NCBI GenBank assembly: GCA_964016885.1
Contig: OZ024748.1
Coordinates: 31,682,001-31,746,000, forward strand
Length of the DNA: 64,000 bases
Origin: Eledone cirrhosa
Lineage: Eukaryota
Direction: 5' to 3'
Made by a program: the position numbers and the translations under genes. The notes beneath the pieces are model-generated. The model made no database searches and was not told where the DNA came from. It was given only the letters and a program-made list of their open reading frames with translations. Positions 30,359 through 45,026 of the stretch are shown one piece after another. Each line of letters opens with the position of its first letter. The first letter of the stretch is position 1.

Positions 30359-31589
30359 TATTCAATTCTTTATCAATTTAGAATCTTTTCTCAAAGGCAC
30401 ATATACATACACCTCTTTAAAATATACCCATCTACCTTACTTTAAAGGGCATTATACACTCTATAGTACTCGTTTACTCATTTACCTCATCCTATCTTCT
30501 CGTAAAACAATAACATTTGTTTTTGACATTTTGAATATTCATCCGCAATCATTATTATTTTTTTTCCCTCTATCATAAATCTTTTTAATCTCAATTTCAT
30601 CCTTAATTTATTATTATATATTTTTTTTAATATATACTCATATATTCTTTAAAATATACCCATCTACCTTACTTTAAAGGGCATTATACACTCTATAATA
30701 CCCGTTTACTCATCACCCTCATTATATCTCCTCGTAAAACAATAACATTTGTTTTTGACATTTTGAGTATTCATCCGCAATCATTATTATTTTTTCTCTC
30801 TATCATAAATCTTTTTAATCTCAATTTCATCCTTAATTTATTATTATTTTTTTCTCCCCATCAACGAACTCATTATTAATACATATGAATTCAATATAAA
30901 AACTTTAACTTCACATTATTTTTCTCAAATCCTATACATAAACTTTTTCTCTTTGCTAATTTTAAAATTCCTACATTTCTCCTTTTGAATATTCACCCAC
31001 AATTATTATTTTTTTTCTCTCTATCTCCATACATAATCTCCCTTCGTTATTTTTTTCTCTCTATCTCCATACATAATTTCCCTTCGTTAATTTTCAAATT
31101 CCTTTAATTTATACATTATCTTCCAACGGTTCCCAACCTCTCTATATTAAAACATTATATCTTTTTCTCAGTTATAAAAACTATCTCTTTCTCTCTATCA
31201 CCCATCTCTCCCTTTCCACCTTCACTCTCATCTCCTCCCCTTTTTTTCATCCTTTCCACCCCCACCCCTCCCTAAATATAATATATTTTTTCCTCGCACA
31301 TATCCTCCCTTCGTTAATTTTCAAAATTTTTAATTTATACAGTATCTTCCAACGGTTTTCAACCCCTCTATATAAAATATATCTCCTCTCTGTTATAAAA
31401 ACTATCTCTTTCTCTCTATCACCCATCTCTCCCTCTCATCTCCTTCCCTTTTCATCCTTTTCTCTCCCCCCCTCTCTAAATAAAATATTTTTCCCAATAT
31501 CACACATCAATCTAAAACCACTTTTCATATGTTGATTTAAAACTGCACTATCAACAAGTGTTTTTTTTAGCCTTCATATCATGTTCTCC

Positions 31590-31660
31590 TGTTTTATCTG
31601 ATGAAAACACAAATATTATTGTTTGATGATGTTTGTTTTTGAAATGCGCATAATAAAATA
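31590..31660 (+). ncRNA. type I hammerhead ribozyme, family A (antisense copy 26320-26390)
   Basis: TGTTTTAT-CTGATGA-AAAC..GTTTTT-GAAA-TGCGCA-TA-ATAAAATA. Confidence 0.9.
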
Positions 31661-31688
31661 TATTGAACTCCTTTAACCATCTTTTGAT

Positions 31689-31841
<153 letters not shown>

Positions 31842-32019
31842 TGTATATATATATATATATATTGTATATATATATATAGAGAGAGAGATATATATCATAT
31901 ATATATATATATTGTATATTATATATACATTGTATATATATATATATTGTATATATATATATATATATTGTATATATATATATTGTATATATGTATATAT
32001 ATATATATTGTATATATAT

Positions 32020-32108
<89 letters not shown>

Positions 32109-32685
32109 ATATATATATATTGTATATATGTAGTATATATATATATATATATCGTATATATATATATATATATATTGTATATATATATATTGTATATATA
32201 TATATATATTTTATATATATATATATCGTATATATATATATCGTATATATATATATGTATTTATTGTATATATGTATATATATATATGGTATATATATTG
32301 TATATATATATTATATATATATATTTATATATATATATGGTATATATATATATATATTGTATATATATATTGTATATATATATATATTGTATATATATTG
32401 TATATATATTGTATATATATATATATTGTATATATATATATATATATTGTATATATATATATTGTAGATATATATATATATATATACTGTATATATATAT
32501 ATATATAATATATATATATATATATTGTATATATATATATTGTAGATATATATATATATATATACTGTATATATATATATATATATATTGTATATATATA
32601 TATAGTATATATATATTGTATATATATATATTGTATATATATATTATATATATATTGTATATATATACATTATATATATATATGT

Positions 32686-32845
32686 ATATGGACACACTAG
32701 AAGAGGAAGACCAAGGTTAACGTATGTTGATGCCCTAAGGACAGACACTGGTCAGTTGGAGATGCAGGACATGGCAGCGATAATGAGGGACAGAGACCGC
32801 TGGAGAGAACTGGTCCATGGATCTCGGGAATTTTACCCGCCTTAG
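32686..32845 (+). mobile_element. 3'-terminal fragment of an RTE-like LINE
   Basis: Encodes [31 protein letters not shown], a typical RTE-group C-terminus. Confidence 0.75.
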
Positions 32846-32886
32846 AGATATATATATATATATATATATATATTGTATATATATAT

Positions 32887-32942
<56 letters not shown>

Positions 32943-32969
32943 ATATATGTATATATATATTGTATATAT

Positions 32970-33043
<74 letters not shown>

Positions 33044-33091
33044 ATATATCGTATATATATATATATATATTGTATATATGTATATATATAT

Positions 33092-33122
<31 letters not shown>

Positions 33123-33130
33123 TGTATATA

Positions 33131-35838
33131 CGATATTAAACAAATGGAAACTATATTTATAAAACCATATTTATTTCGTTATATATATTTCAGGGATATC
33201 ATATTAAAAATATGGTATGCCTTCCTCAGACAAAATACAATACATAAGCTGTTTTATAAATAATTTTTGACATACCTTATAAATAATGCAACTTCCATTT
33301 AAAAAGTTGATTTGGTACTGAAACTGTTATGACAGTTATATAGAAAGAAAAACGAAGATGAGAAGAAGAAGATGAAGAGATGTATGTAAATAAAAAAAAG
33401 AAGAAGGTGTAGAGATGTATGTAAAGAACAACAACAGAGCGAGATAGAGAGACAACGAGATATGGGAGAGAGAAATACATTGAGGAAGTGAAAAAATATA
33501 GTAGGCAGCTTTTGGACAGATGATCAACGTATATGTGAGGGAAGGGATACAGTTAAACTACCCGACACATAAATCACGTCCAGTGTATAGGAGAAAAAAG
33601 AAAGAAAGATTATATATTTAAAATATATTAAAAATATATTATGTCTCATCCATTTGAATTATCAATTTTTATGAATTAGGTATTATAATGTAAATATCAG
33701 TATTCATGAATGAGACACATATCCATAATGTGTGAAAAAATGACCACATGCTTAGTTTAAAAATTCTTAGGTCTATAAGCAAAATCTGAGATTAAAACTT
33801 CAAACATAAGTATATATGCATTCTCATGAAAAAAGAAAAAGAGAAAAGAGAAGGTTATCTCAAATTCAAGTTGATAAATATAGACATACATGTGAACCTA
33901 CGTGATATGCTCCACAAATTCTTATATTTCATGAAAAACTTCATTGCGTTACAAAAGATTCCACCCTACATATATTTACATACATATATACATATATATA
34001 GACATAAAATATATAAGATATACATTAACATTTAAAATAACATTCCAGCCTCACTTGCATGATTATCGATCAAGCATAGAGTAGACAACAGATATCAATA
34101 TTAAAAATTAAAAACGCCAAGAATATCTTCGTCACTCCACAGAGTATCTAGGGACGCAAGAGAACATAGTATGCCACGCATATCGGTCACATAAAATCAG
34201 AATCAAAAGCAAACAAAACCAAAATTGTTCACCAAGCCTTATTTAGCAGAAATCATTCAAAACTTATTCTACAAATGCTCTTATATTTATTATAGAAGTT
34301 TATCCAGCTTAAAAATTTATTCAAAAGATTGGGAACAACGCCAATATTAGGGTAGTTTATTTAATCTCATTAATTATATATTCATGCAGAAAGGTTTTAA
34401 AAAAAGAATTGAAGGAATCGAAAGATTTATCGCCAAGTTTCATAAATAGTTAAATACCTTAAGTAAATATACTACATTTTATACTACATTTTAAATTTAT
34501 ATTTATATTTAAAAGTTGAGTTCAATCTATGTCTGCAGCAGCTGAATAAATTGGTTCGTAAATTAAGGGAATTTTTAGATTTTAGTATAAAGAATATCTC
34601 CTCCGCGCAGAGGTCACATGTCTCAGAAGAGGAATTAAAAGGAATCCCTTTTGAGACTATATTCCATACCATCGAATATCCAACTTTATCATGTTTAAGT
34701 TGCCAGAGTAACCCTGACAGCGATGTTGAAGATTATTATAGCGAAGTTTAAATTCTGTCGAAGTGGAACCAACATAATTAAAAGAATTTAAATCAGTTTT
34801 AACATTACAGTTGTATATTATATTTTTAACTAAGCAATTGTTATTTAGCGGACATTTAGATCTATCTCTACAGTTACAGTTTTTTACTTGAATATTGTTT
34901 AGGCTATTTTCGGTATTTTGGCTAGGTTTTAGATTCCTATTATTTATTCTATTAATATTTTGTGCTAAATTTTTGGTGGACGAGTACGTTAATTTTATAG
35001 TATGTCTATTGAAAATTGAGTGATACTTATGTGTTCTAGGGAAGCGTTTGTCAAGAGCATTAAAAAATAGTTTAGCGATGTGGGTTTTAATGTTTAGTGA
35101 GAAAGGAGGGGCAAACCATATTATATTTCTAGTTCTATTTCTTTTCTGGTTTTTGAAATTATTGTAGTGCTTTCTATTATAGTTGTTAAAGTTGTTACTG
35201 TAATTAAAATTGTTGTTATTTTTAATATATTTTTAATATATTTTTAATATATTTTAAATATATCATCTTTCTTTCTTTTTTCTCCTATACACTGGACGTG
35301 ATTTATGTGTCGGCTAGTTTAACTGTATCCCTTCCCTCACATATACGTTGATCATCTGTCCAAAAGCTGCCTACTATATTTTTTCACTTCCTCAATGTAT
35401 TTCTCTCTCCCATATCTCGTTGTCTCTCTATCTCGCTCTGTTGTTTTTCTTTACATACATCTCTTCACCTTCTTCTTTTTTTTATTTACATACATCTCTT
35501 CATCTTCTTCTTCTCATCTTCGTTTTTCTTTCTATATAACTGTCATAACAGTTTCAGTACCAAATCAACTTTTTAAATGGAAGTTGCATTATTTATAAGG
35601 TATGTCAAAAATTATTTATAAAACAGCTTATGTATTGTATTTTGTCTGAGGAAGGCATACCATATTTTTAATATGATATCCCTGAAATATATATATAACG
35701 AAATAAATATGGTTTTATAAATATAGTTTCCATTTGTTTAATATCGTAAACCTACTCCAGAAATTGTTGAGTGCTTTTATATCAGTTATAAAATATTTAC
35801 TCGTTATAACCCAACAATCTTAAATAAAACTTTTGCAT
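33131..35838 (-). mobile_element. Naiad-like PLE family B: GIY-YIG fragment 34484-~35225, inverted pLTRs 33131-33630 / 35245-35747, tail to 35838
   Basis: IIWFAPPFS..CNCRDRSKCPLNNNC..YVGSTSTEF..CDLCAEE..CCRH; HHR 35638-35705 (+) and antisense 33172-33240. Confidence 0.9.
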
Positions 35839-35849
35839 ATATATGGTAT

Positions 35850-35864
35850 ATATATATTTCATGT

Positions 35865-35958
<94 letters not shown>

Positions 35959-35970
35959 ATATATATATAT

Positions 35971-36010
<40 letters not shown>

Positions 36011-36130
36011 CTGTATATATGTATTGTATATATATATATTTTATATATATATATATATATTGTATATATATATATTGTATATATATATATCGTATATATA
36101 TACATTGTATATATATATATATTGTATACA

Positions 36131-36185
<55 letters not shown>

Positions 36186-36313
36186 TATATTATATATATA
36201 TATATTATATATATATATATATAATATATATATATATAATATATATATATTATATATATATATAATATATATATATATAATATATATATATTATATATAT
36301 ATATATTATATAT

Positions 36314-36345
<32 letters not shown>

Positions 36346-36401
36346 ATATATATATATAATATATATATATATTATATATATATATATATATATTAATATA
36401 T

Positions 36402-36470
<69 letters not shown>

Positions 36471-37230
36471 ATATATATATTGTATGTATATATATATATA
36501 TATAGTATATTTATATATATATATTGTATATATATATTGTATATATATATATATTGTATATAAATATATATAGTATATATATATATATAGTATGTATATA
36601 TATATTGTATATATGTATATATATATATATACATATTGTATATATATATATATATTGTATATATATATTGTATACATATATATATATATATTGTGTATAT
36701 ATATATAAATATATTGTATATATATATATATTGTGTTTATATATATATATATATATATTGTATATATATATTGTGTGTATATATATATATATATATATTG
36801 TGTATATATATATATATATATTGTATATAATTATATATTGTGTATATATATATATGTATATTGTAAAAATATATATAGATATATCGTATATATATATTTA
36901 TATATATATATTGTATATATATATAAATATATTGTGGATATATATATATATATATATATATATTGTATATATATATATATATATATTGTATATATATATA
37001 AATATATTGTATATATATATATATATATATATATTGTATATATATATATTGTTTGTATATATATATTGAATATATATATATTGCATATATATAATGTATA
37101 TATACATATGTTCTATATATATATTGTATAAATATATTGCATATATATATTGTGTATATACATATATTGTATATATATATATATATTTATATATATTTTA
37201 TATATATATATATATATATTGTATATATAT

Positions 37231-37268
<38 letters not shown>

Positions 37269-37438
37269 TATTTATATATATATATATACATATTGTACAT
37301 ATATATATATATCTTGTATATATATATATATTGTATATATATATATATATATTGTATATATATATATATATATTGTATATATTGTATATATATATATTTT
37401 ATATATATATATATTTTATATATTGAATATATACATAT

Positions 37439-37483
<45 letters not shown>

Positions 37484-37562
37484 TGTATATATATATATAT
37501 ATTGTATATATATATATTGTATATATATATATATATCGTATATATATATATATTGTATATAT

Positions 37563-37631
<69 letters not shown>

Positions 37632-38007
37632 TGTATATATATATATTTTATATATATATATTGTATATATATATATATTGTATATATATATTGTATATAT
37701 ATATATATATATTGTATATATATATATATTGTATATATATATATATTGTGTATATATATATATTGTATATATATATATATTATATATATATATTGTATAT
37801 ATATATATATATTGTATATATATATATTGTATATATATATTGTATATATATATATATTGTATATATATATATTATATATATATATATTGTATACATATAT
37901 ATATATATATATTGTATATATATATATATTTTATATATATATATATAGTATATATATATATATTGTATATATATATATATATATTGTATATATATCTATA
38001 TTTATAT

Positions 38008-38043
<36 letters not shown>

Positions 38044-38508
38044 ATATATATATATTGTATGTATATATATATATATATATTATATTTATATATATATATA
38101 TTGTATATATATATATATATATATATTGTATATATATATATATTGTATATATACATATATATATATTGTATATATATATATATTGTATATATATATATTT
38201 ATATATTGTATATATGTATATATATATATATACATATTGTATATATATATATATATTGTATATATATATATTGTATACATATATATATATTGTGTATATA
38301 TATATATATTGTATATATATATTGTGTATATATATATATATATTGTATATATATATTGTGTATATATATATATATATATTGTGTATATATATATATATAT
38401 ATATTGTATATAAATATATATTGTGTATATATATATATATACTGTAGAAATATATATATATCGTATATATATATTTATATATATTGTATATATATATAAA
38501 TATATTGT

Positions 38509-38563
<55 letters not shown>

Positions 38564-38986
38564 ATATATATATATATATTGTATATATATATAAATATAT
38601 TGTATATATATATATATATATTGTATATATATATATATTGTTTGTATATATATATTGAATATATATATATTGCATATATATATTGTATATATACATATAT
38701 TCTATATATATATTGTATAAATATATTGTATATATATATTGTGTATATACATATATATATTTATATATATCTTATATATTGTATATATATATATTGCATA
38801 TATATATTGTATATATACATATATTCTATATATATATTGTATAAATATATTGTATATATATATTGTGTATATACATATATTGTATATATATATTGTATAT
38901 ATATATATATATATTTATATATATCTTATATATTGTATATATATATATATTTATATATATTTTATATATATATATATATATATATC

Positions 38987-39025
<39 letters not shown>

Positions 39026-39067
39026 TATATATATATATTGTATATATATATTGTATATATATATATA

Positions 39068-39128
<61 letters not shown>

Positions 39129-39251
39129 ATATTTATACAATATATATATAGAATATATGTATATATACAATATATATATGCAATATATATATATTCAATA
39201 TATATATACAAACAATATATATATATATACAATATATATATATATATATAT
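35850..39251. repeat. 3.4 kb degenerate (TA)n array with ATTG interruptions and internal higher-order duplications
   Basis: Directly visible. Confidence 0.95.
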
Positions 39252-40037
39252 ATGAGTTGTAACAACAACGAAACTAGTTCAATATTCCTTGTCTGGCTTT
39301 CTGGAGAATAGATGAAAGGTGTTTCATCAAAAACCAGTATGACTCTAAAAACCGGTTTGTCTGTGTGTTTACATACAGAATAGCTGGACACTCACAGTAA
39401 AGTGACCAGTGAAAAACTCGGTACATCTACATATGTATACGTGTGTGTATTCATATGCATACTAGTATTTCAGTATATATATGTGGATGTACATTTTTAA
39501 CTTAATTGTTTAAGCGTCAGTCATACAAAAGTGAGTTACAAACGAAACGAAATTTAATTTCGTTTCGTTATTTGTTTTTATCGTCTCCGTTAAACCGGTA
39601 CGTACTATGCAAATTAGTCTGCCCACTTCTAATTTTCATAGAAAAAGCATATAACGATATGTGCTTTTACGATTCTCTAGAAAGGCCGGAAGATAGGTAA
39701 ATATTGCTGATGAGTTGTAACAACAATGAAACTAGTTCAATATTCCTTGTCTGGCTTTCTGGAGAATAGAGGAAAGGTGTTTCCTAAAAAACCAGTATGA
39801 CTCTAAAAACCGGTTTGTCTGTGGGTTTACATACAGAATAGCTGGACACTCACAGTAAAGTGACCAGTGAAAAACTCGGTACATCTACATATGTATACGT
39901 GTGTGTATTCATATGCATACTAGTATTTCAGTATACATATGTGGATGTACATTTTTAACTTAATTGTTTAAGCGTCAGTCATACAAAAGTGAGTTACAAA
40001 CGAAACGAAATTTAATTTCGTTTCGTTATTTGTTTTT
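39252..40037 (+). mobile_element. retrozyme-like family R2, ~1.7 tandem units of 458 bp
   Basis: 39252-39578 is repeated at 39710-40037; minimal HHR; no credible ORF. Confidence 0.85.
39700..39744 (+). ncRNA. minimal type I hammerhead ribozyme (R2)
   Basis: AATATTG-CTGATGA-GTTG TAACAA CAAT-GAAA-CTAG-TT-CAATATT; the upstream truncated copy has CAAC-GAAA. Confidence 0.9.
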
Positions 40038-40109
40038 ATATATATATATATACTGTATATATATATATATATATATATATATTGTATTTATATATATAGA
40101 AAGAGAGAG

Positions 40110-40140
<31 letters not shown>

Positions 40141-40169
40141 TGTATATATATACATTGTATATATATATG

Positions 40170-40328
40170 TATATGGACACACTAGAAGAGGAAGACCAAG
40201 GTTAACGTATGTTGATGCCCTAAGGACAGACACTGGTCTATTGGAGATGCAGGACATGGCAGCGATAATGGGGGACAGAGACCGCTGGAGAGAACTGGTC
40301 CATGGATCTCGGGAATTTTACCCGCCTT

Positions 40329-40368
<40 letters not shown>

Positions 40369-40526
40369 AAGGCGGGTAAAATTCCCGAGATCCATGGACC
40401 AGTTCTCTCCAGCGGTCTCTGTCCCTCATTATCGCTGCCATGTCCTGCATCTCCAACAGACCAGTGTCTGTCCTTAGGGCATCAACATACGTTAACCTTG
40501 GTCTTCCTCTTCTAGTGTGTCCATAT
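40170..40526. mobile_element. two RTE-like 3' fragments tail-to-tail around a (TA)n spacer
   Basis: 40170-40330 (+) and 40367-40526 (-), both with the same ends as 32686-32845. Confidence 0.85.
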
Positions 40527-40535
40527 ACATATATA

Positions 40536-40575
<40 letters not shown>

Positions 40576-40578
<3 letters not shown>

Positions 40579-41132
40579 CAAAATGGGGAGAAGAATACTG
40601 CAGGTTGCACATGGATAACATGTAATAAAATAAGTCCCTCATCAGTGATTTGCCGACGATCATAGATATTTCATTGCATTAAAAATCATATACCTCACGT
40701 CGGTGCAATAATAACTAAATTAAGTTATTAGGACAATTAAAACGCGTAAAGCGAGTGAGACAAGATAACAACAAAGAGGAGAGATAACCGTAGAAGGAAG
40801 GGAACAAGCTTCATAGTTATTCTGTTAGCATAAGCTAGGTGAATATATGAGCGCTTAGAAAAAAGACCTTTCGGGAAGGAATCCAAATGTGAGAAAGAGA
40901 GAAAATGTTTTCGTCACGAACGGGGTGAAGTGAGAAGAGGTGAAACAGTGAGTGAGTGAGTGGAAGTGTGAGGAAGAGTTAACTGACATGACACAGGGGG
41001 CGAAAGAAAGTAGGAGAAACAGAGAGAATGGGGGAGCAGTAAGAGAGAGAGAGAGAAAAACAGAATCGCAGTTTGGGTAAATATATGTAATAACATGGGG
41101 AGAAAAATACTGCTGGTAGCACATGGATAACA
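40576..41132 (-). mobile_element. non-coding ~510 bp unit with terminal direct repeat and structured RNA motif (40634-40734)
   Basis: 40583-40622 resembles 41095-41132; the motif is shared with 45033-45134. Confidence 0.6.
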
Positions 41133-41164
41133 TATATATAAATATATATATATTGTATATATAT

Positions 41165-41230
<66 letters not shown>

Positions 41231-41329
41231 ATATATATATATTTTATATATATATATTTTATATATTGTATATATATATATTGTATATATATATATAGAT
41301 ATATATAGATATATTGTATATATATATAT

Positions 41330-41377
<48 letters not shown>

Positions 41378-41402
41378 CTGTATATATATATTGTATATAT
41401 AT

Positions 41403-41444
<42 letters not shown>

Positions 41445-41978
41445 ATATATATATATTGTATATATATATATATTGTATATATATATATTGTATATATATA
41501 TATTGTATATATATATATTGTATATATATATATTGTATATATATATATATTGTGTATATATATATATTGTATATATATATATTGTATATATATATATATT
41601 GTGTATATATATATATTGTATATATATATATATATATCGTATATATATATATTGTATATATATATATATATTGTATATATATATTGTATATATATATATA
41701 TATTTTATATATATATATATATTGTATATATATATATATATATTCTATTTATATATATATATACATATTGTACATATATATATATATATTGTATATATAT
41801 ATATATTGTATACATGTAATATATTGTGTATATATATATATATATATATTGTATATATATATTGTGTATATATATATATATATTGTATATATATATATAT
41901 ATTGTATATATATATATATTGTGTATATATATATATATTGTGTATATATATATATATATATTGTATATATATATATAT

Positions 41979-42009
<31 letters not shown>

Positions 42010-42204
42010 TGTATATATATATATTGTGTATATATATATATATATATATTGTGTATATATATATATATATTGTATATATATATATATTATGTATATATAT
42101 ATATATATATATATTGTATATATATATATTGTGTATATATATATATTGTATATATATATATATATATATATTGTGTATATATATATATATATATATATAT
42201 TGTA

Positions 42205-42280
<76 letters not shown>

Positions 42281-42328
42281 ATACATATATTTATATATAT
42301 AAATATATATAAATATATTGTGGATATT

Positions 42329-42361
<33 letters not shown>

Positions 42362-42497
42362 TAGACAGTGAGTTTTTTTTACAAAATGAAAAATAGCCGA
42401 GGTGTCCTACACGAGTGAATGTATAAAGAAAAAGAGATGAAATCGAAAATGCAACTGGAGTCTTATTTTTTTTTAAAATATATATATTTATTTGGTT

Positions 42498-42535
42498 CCT
42501 TTACCGGTTTCGCAGTTCTTCTGCTTTTCAAAAGG
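42498..42535 (-). ncRNA. 38-nt minimal type I hammerhead ribozyme, U3-A8 variant (mutated copy 44237-44274 +)
   Basis: Minus strand: CCTT-TTGAAAA-GCAG AAGAA CTGC-GAAA-CCGG-TA-AAGG. Confidence 0.82.
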
Positions 42536-42908
42536 TGAGTTGAGATGGAGGGTCTGTGGTTTTTCTCACATCTGGTTGGTCTCTGAATGTTACTTGTTTT
42601 ATATGGAAAAAGTGGCCCGAAATGCCAGGTTTTTCGAGAAGTAATTTGATTGGTTTGTCAATAATTATAATAAATTTCGCGCCAGTTCGCGTTACAATAG
42701 TTCTTCAAATAAGAGGGGGGATTGTCACAGGTTTCTTTTTCATATATGAGTGTTTGAATTTCTTTTTACTTGAAAAAAGGGGGCTCACGAAGGCTTTTTT
42801 TTGGTTGGTTATAAATGAAATTACGTGAACAAGTTTTCATTACATTTTTGTGCCCTTATTTGGAGATCCATTCTGTAGCCTTTTTAGAGAATTTTATGAT
42901 AAGTGAAA

Positions 42909-43089
42909 GATAATTGTTTCTACGTTAGGTACAAGGCCAGCAAATTACCCAGTGCATTACTGGTACTTTATTTTATCGACCCCGTAAGGATGAATGGCAA
43001 AGTTAACATCGGCGGGATTTGAACTCAGATCGTAAAGGGACGTAACTATGCTGGAAAGCATGGCGTCCGACCCTCTACCGATACTGCCG
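42909..43089 (-). mobile_element. tRNA-derived SINE
   Basis: Reverse complement of the 20819-21010 family. Confidence 0.85.
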
Positions 43090-43660
43090 AAAGATAATGG
43101 TCAAGAGAAAGAGATGGGAGAATTGTTCTGATTCAGTGAATATGGTTAGTTCGCTGGGGTGTCAGAATTCAGATTTTCTATTGAATAAAGAAAGTAAAGA
43201 TATGTATGTTTATTTGTGTGCTTGTGTGTGTGTGCGTGTGTGTGTGTGTTGTGTGTGTGTGTTGTGTGTGTGTGTGTTTCAAGTTCTTTACTTTAAAAAA
43301 GGTGGCTCACGAAGGCTTTTTTTTAATAAACGTGATTTGATTGGTTATAAATGAAATTTGGCTGTCACGTGAACAAGATTTCATTACATTTTTGCACCCT
43401 TATTTGGAAAACTATTCTGTAGCCTTTATAGAGAATGTTATGAGAATGTAATAAGGGTGCAAAAATGTAATGAAAACTTGTTCACGTGACAGCCAAATTT
43501 CATTTATAACCAATCAAATCACGTTTATTAAAAAAAAGCCTTTCTTTACTTTCTTTATTCAATAGAAAATCTGAATTCTGACACCCCAGCGAACTAACCA
43601 TATTCACTGAATCAGAACAATTTTCCCATCCCTTTCTCTTCACCATTATCTTTCACTTAT

Positions 43661-43852
43661 CAGGGTGGTGGATTGGCAGTATCGGTAGAGGGTCGGACGC
43701 AATGCTTTCCAGCATAGTTAAGTCCCTTTACGATCTGAGTTCAAATCCCGCCGAGGTTGACTTTGCCTTTCATCCTTACGAGGTCGATAAAATAAAGTAC
43801 CAGTAATGCACTGGGTATTTGCTGGCCTTGTGCCTAAATTAGAAACAATTAT
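43661..43852 (+). mobile_element. tRNA-derived SINE
   Basis: A box TGGCAGTATCGG, B box GAGTTCAAATCC. Confidence 0.85.
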
Positions 43853-44421
43853 CTTTCACATATCATAAAATTCTCTAAAAAGGCAACAGAATGGATTTTC
43901 AAATAAGGGCACAAAAATTTAATGAAAACTTGTTCAGGTGACAGCCATAATTTCATTTATAACCAACCCAAAAAAATCCTTCGTGAGCCCCCTTTTTTCA
44001 AGTAAAAAGAAATTCAAACACTCATATATGAAAAGAAAACCTTTGACAAACCCCCATCTTATTTGAAGAACTATTGTAACGCGAACTGGCGCGAAATTTA
44101 TTATAATTATTGACAAACCAATCAAATTACTTCTCGAATAAACCTGGCATTTCGAGCCACTTTTTCCATATAAAACAAGTAACATTCAGAGACCAACCAG
44201 ATGTGAGAAAAACCACAGACCCTCCATCTCAACTCACCTTTCGAAAAGCAGGAGAACTGCAAAACCGGTAAAGGAACCAAATAAATATATATATTTAAAA
44301 AAAAAATAAGACTTCAGTTGCATTTTCGATTTCATCTCCTTTTCTTTATATATGTATATATACAATATATATATAATATATATATATATACAGTATATAT
44401 ATATATATACAATATATATGT

Positions 44422-44462
<41 letters not shown>

Positions 44463-44496
44463 TATATATACAATATATGTATATATATATATACAT

Positions 44497-44533
<37 letters not shown>

Positions 44534-44831
44534 TATATATACGATATATATATATATATACAATATATATATAGAGCATATATATATACAATATATATAT
44601 ACAACATATATATATATATATATATTACATAGATATATATACAATATATATATATATATATATATACATTATATATATATATATATACAATATATATATA
44701 TATATATACAATATATATATACATATATATACAATATATATATATATATATATATATACAATATATATATATATATATATACAATATATATATATATATA
44801 CAATATATATATATATACAATATATATATAT

Positions 44832-44879
<48 letters not shown>

Positions 44880-44893
44880 ATATAAATATATAT

Positions 44894-44969
<76 letters not shown>

Positions 44970-44983
44970 ATATATATATATAT

Positions 44984-45021
<38 letters not shown>

Positions 45022-45026
<5 letters not shown>

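Larger units (their letters stand above)
42362..44350. mobile_element. fold-back element (arms ~42422-43090 / 43675-44350) carrying SINE copies and an HHR
   Basis: Diverged reverse-complement arms with nested inner inversions. Confidence 0.85.
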
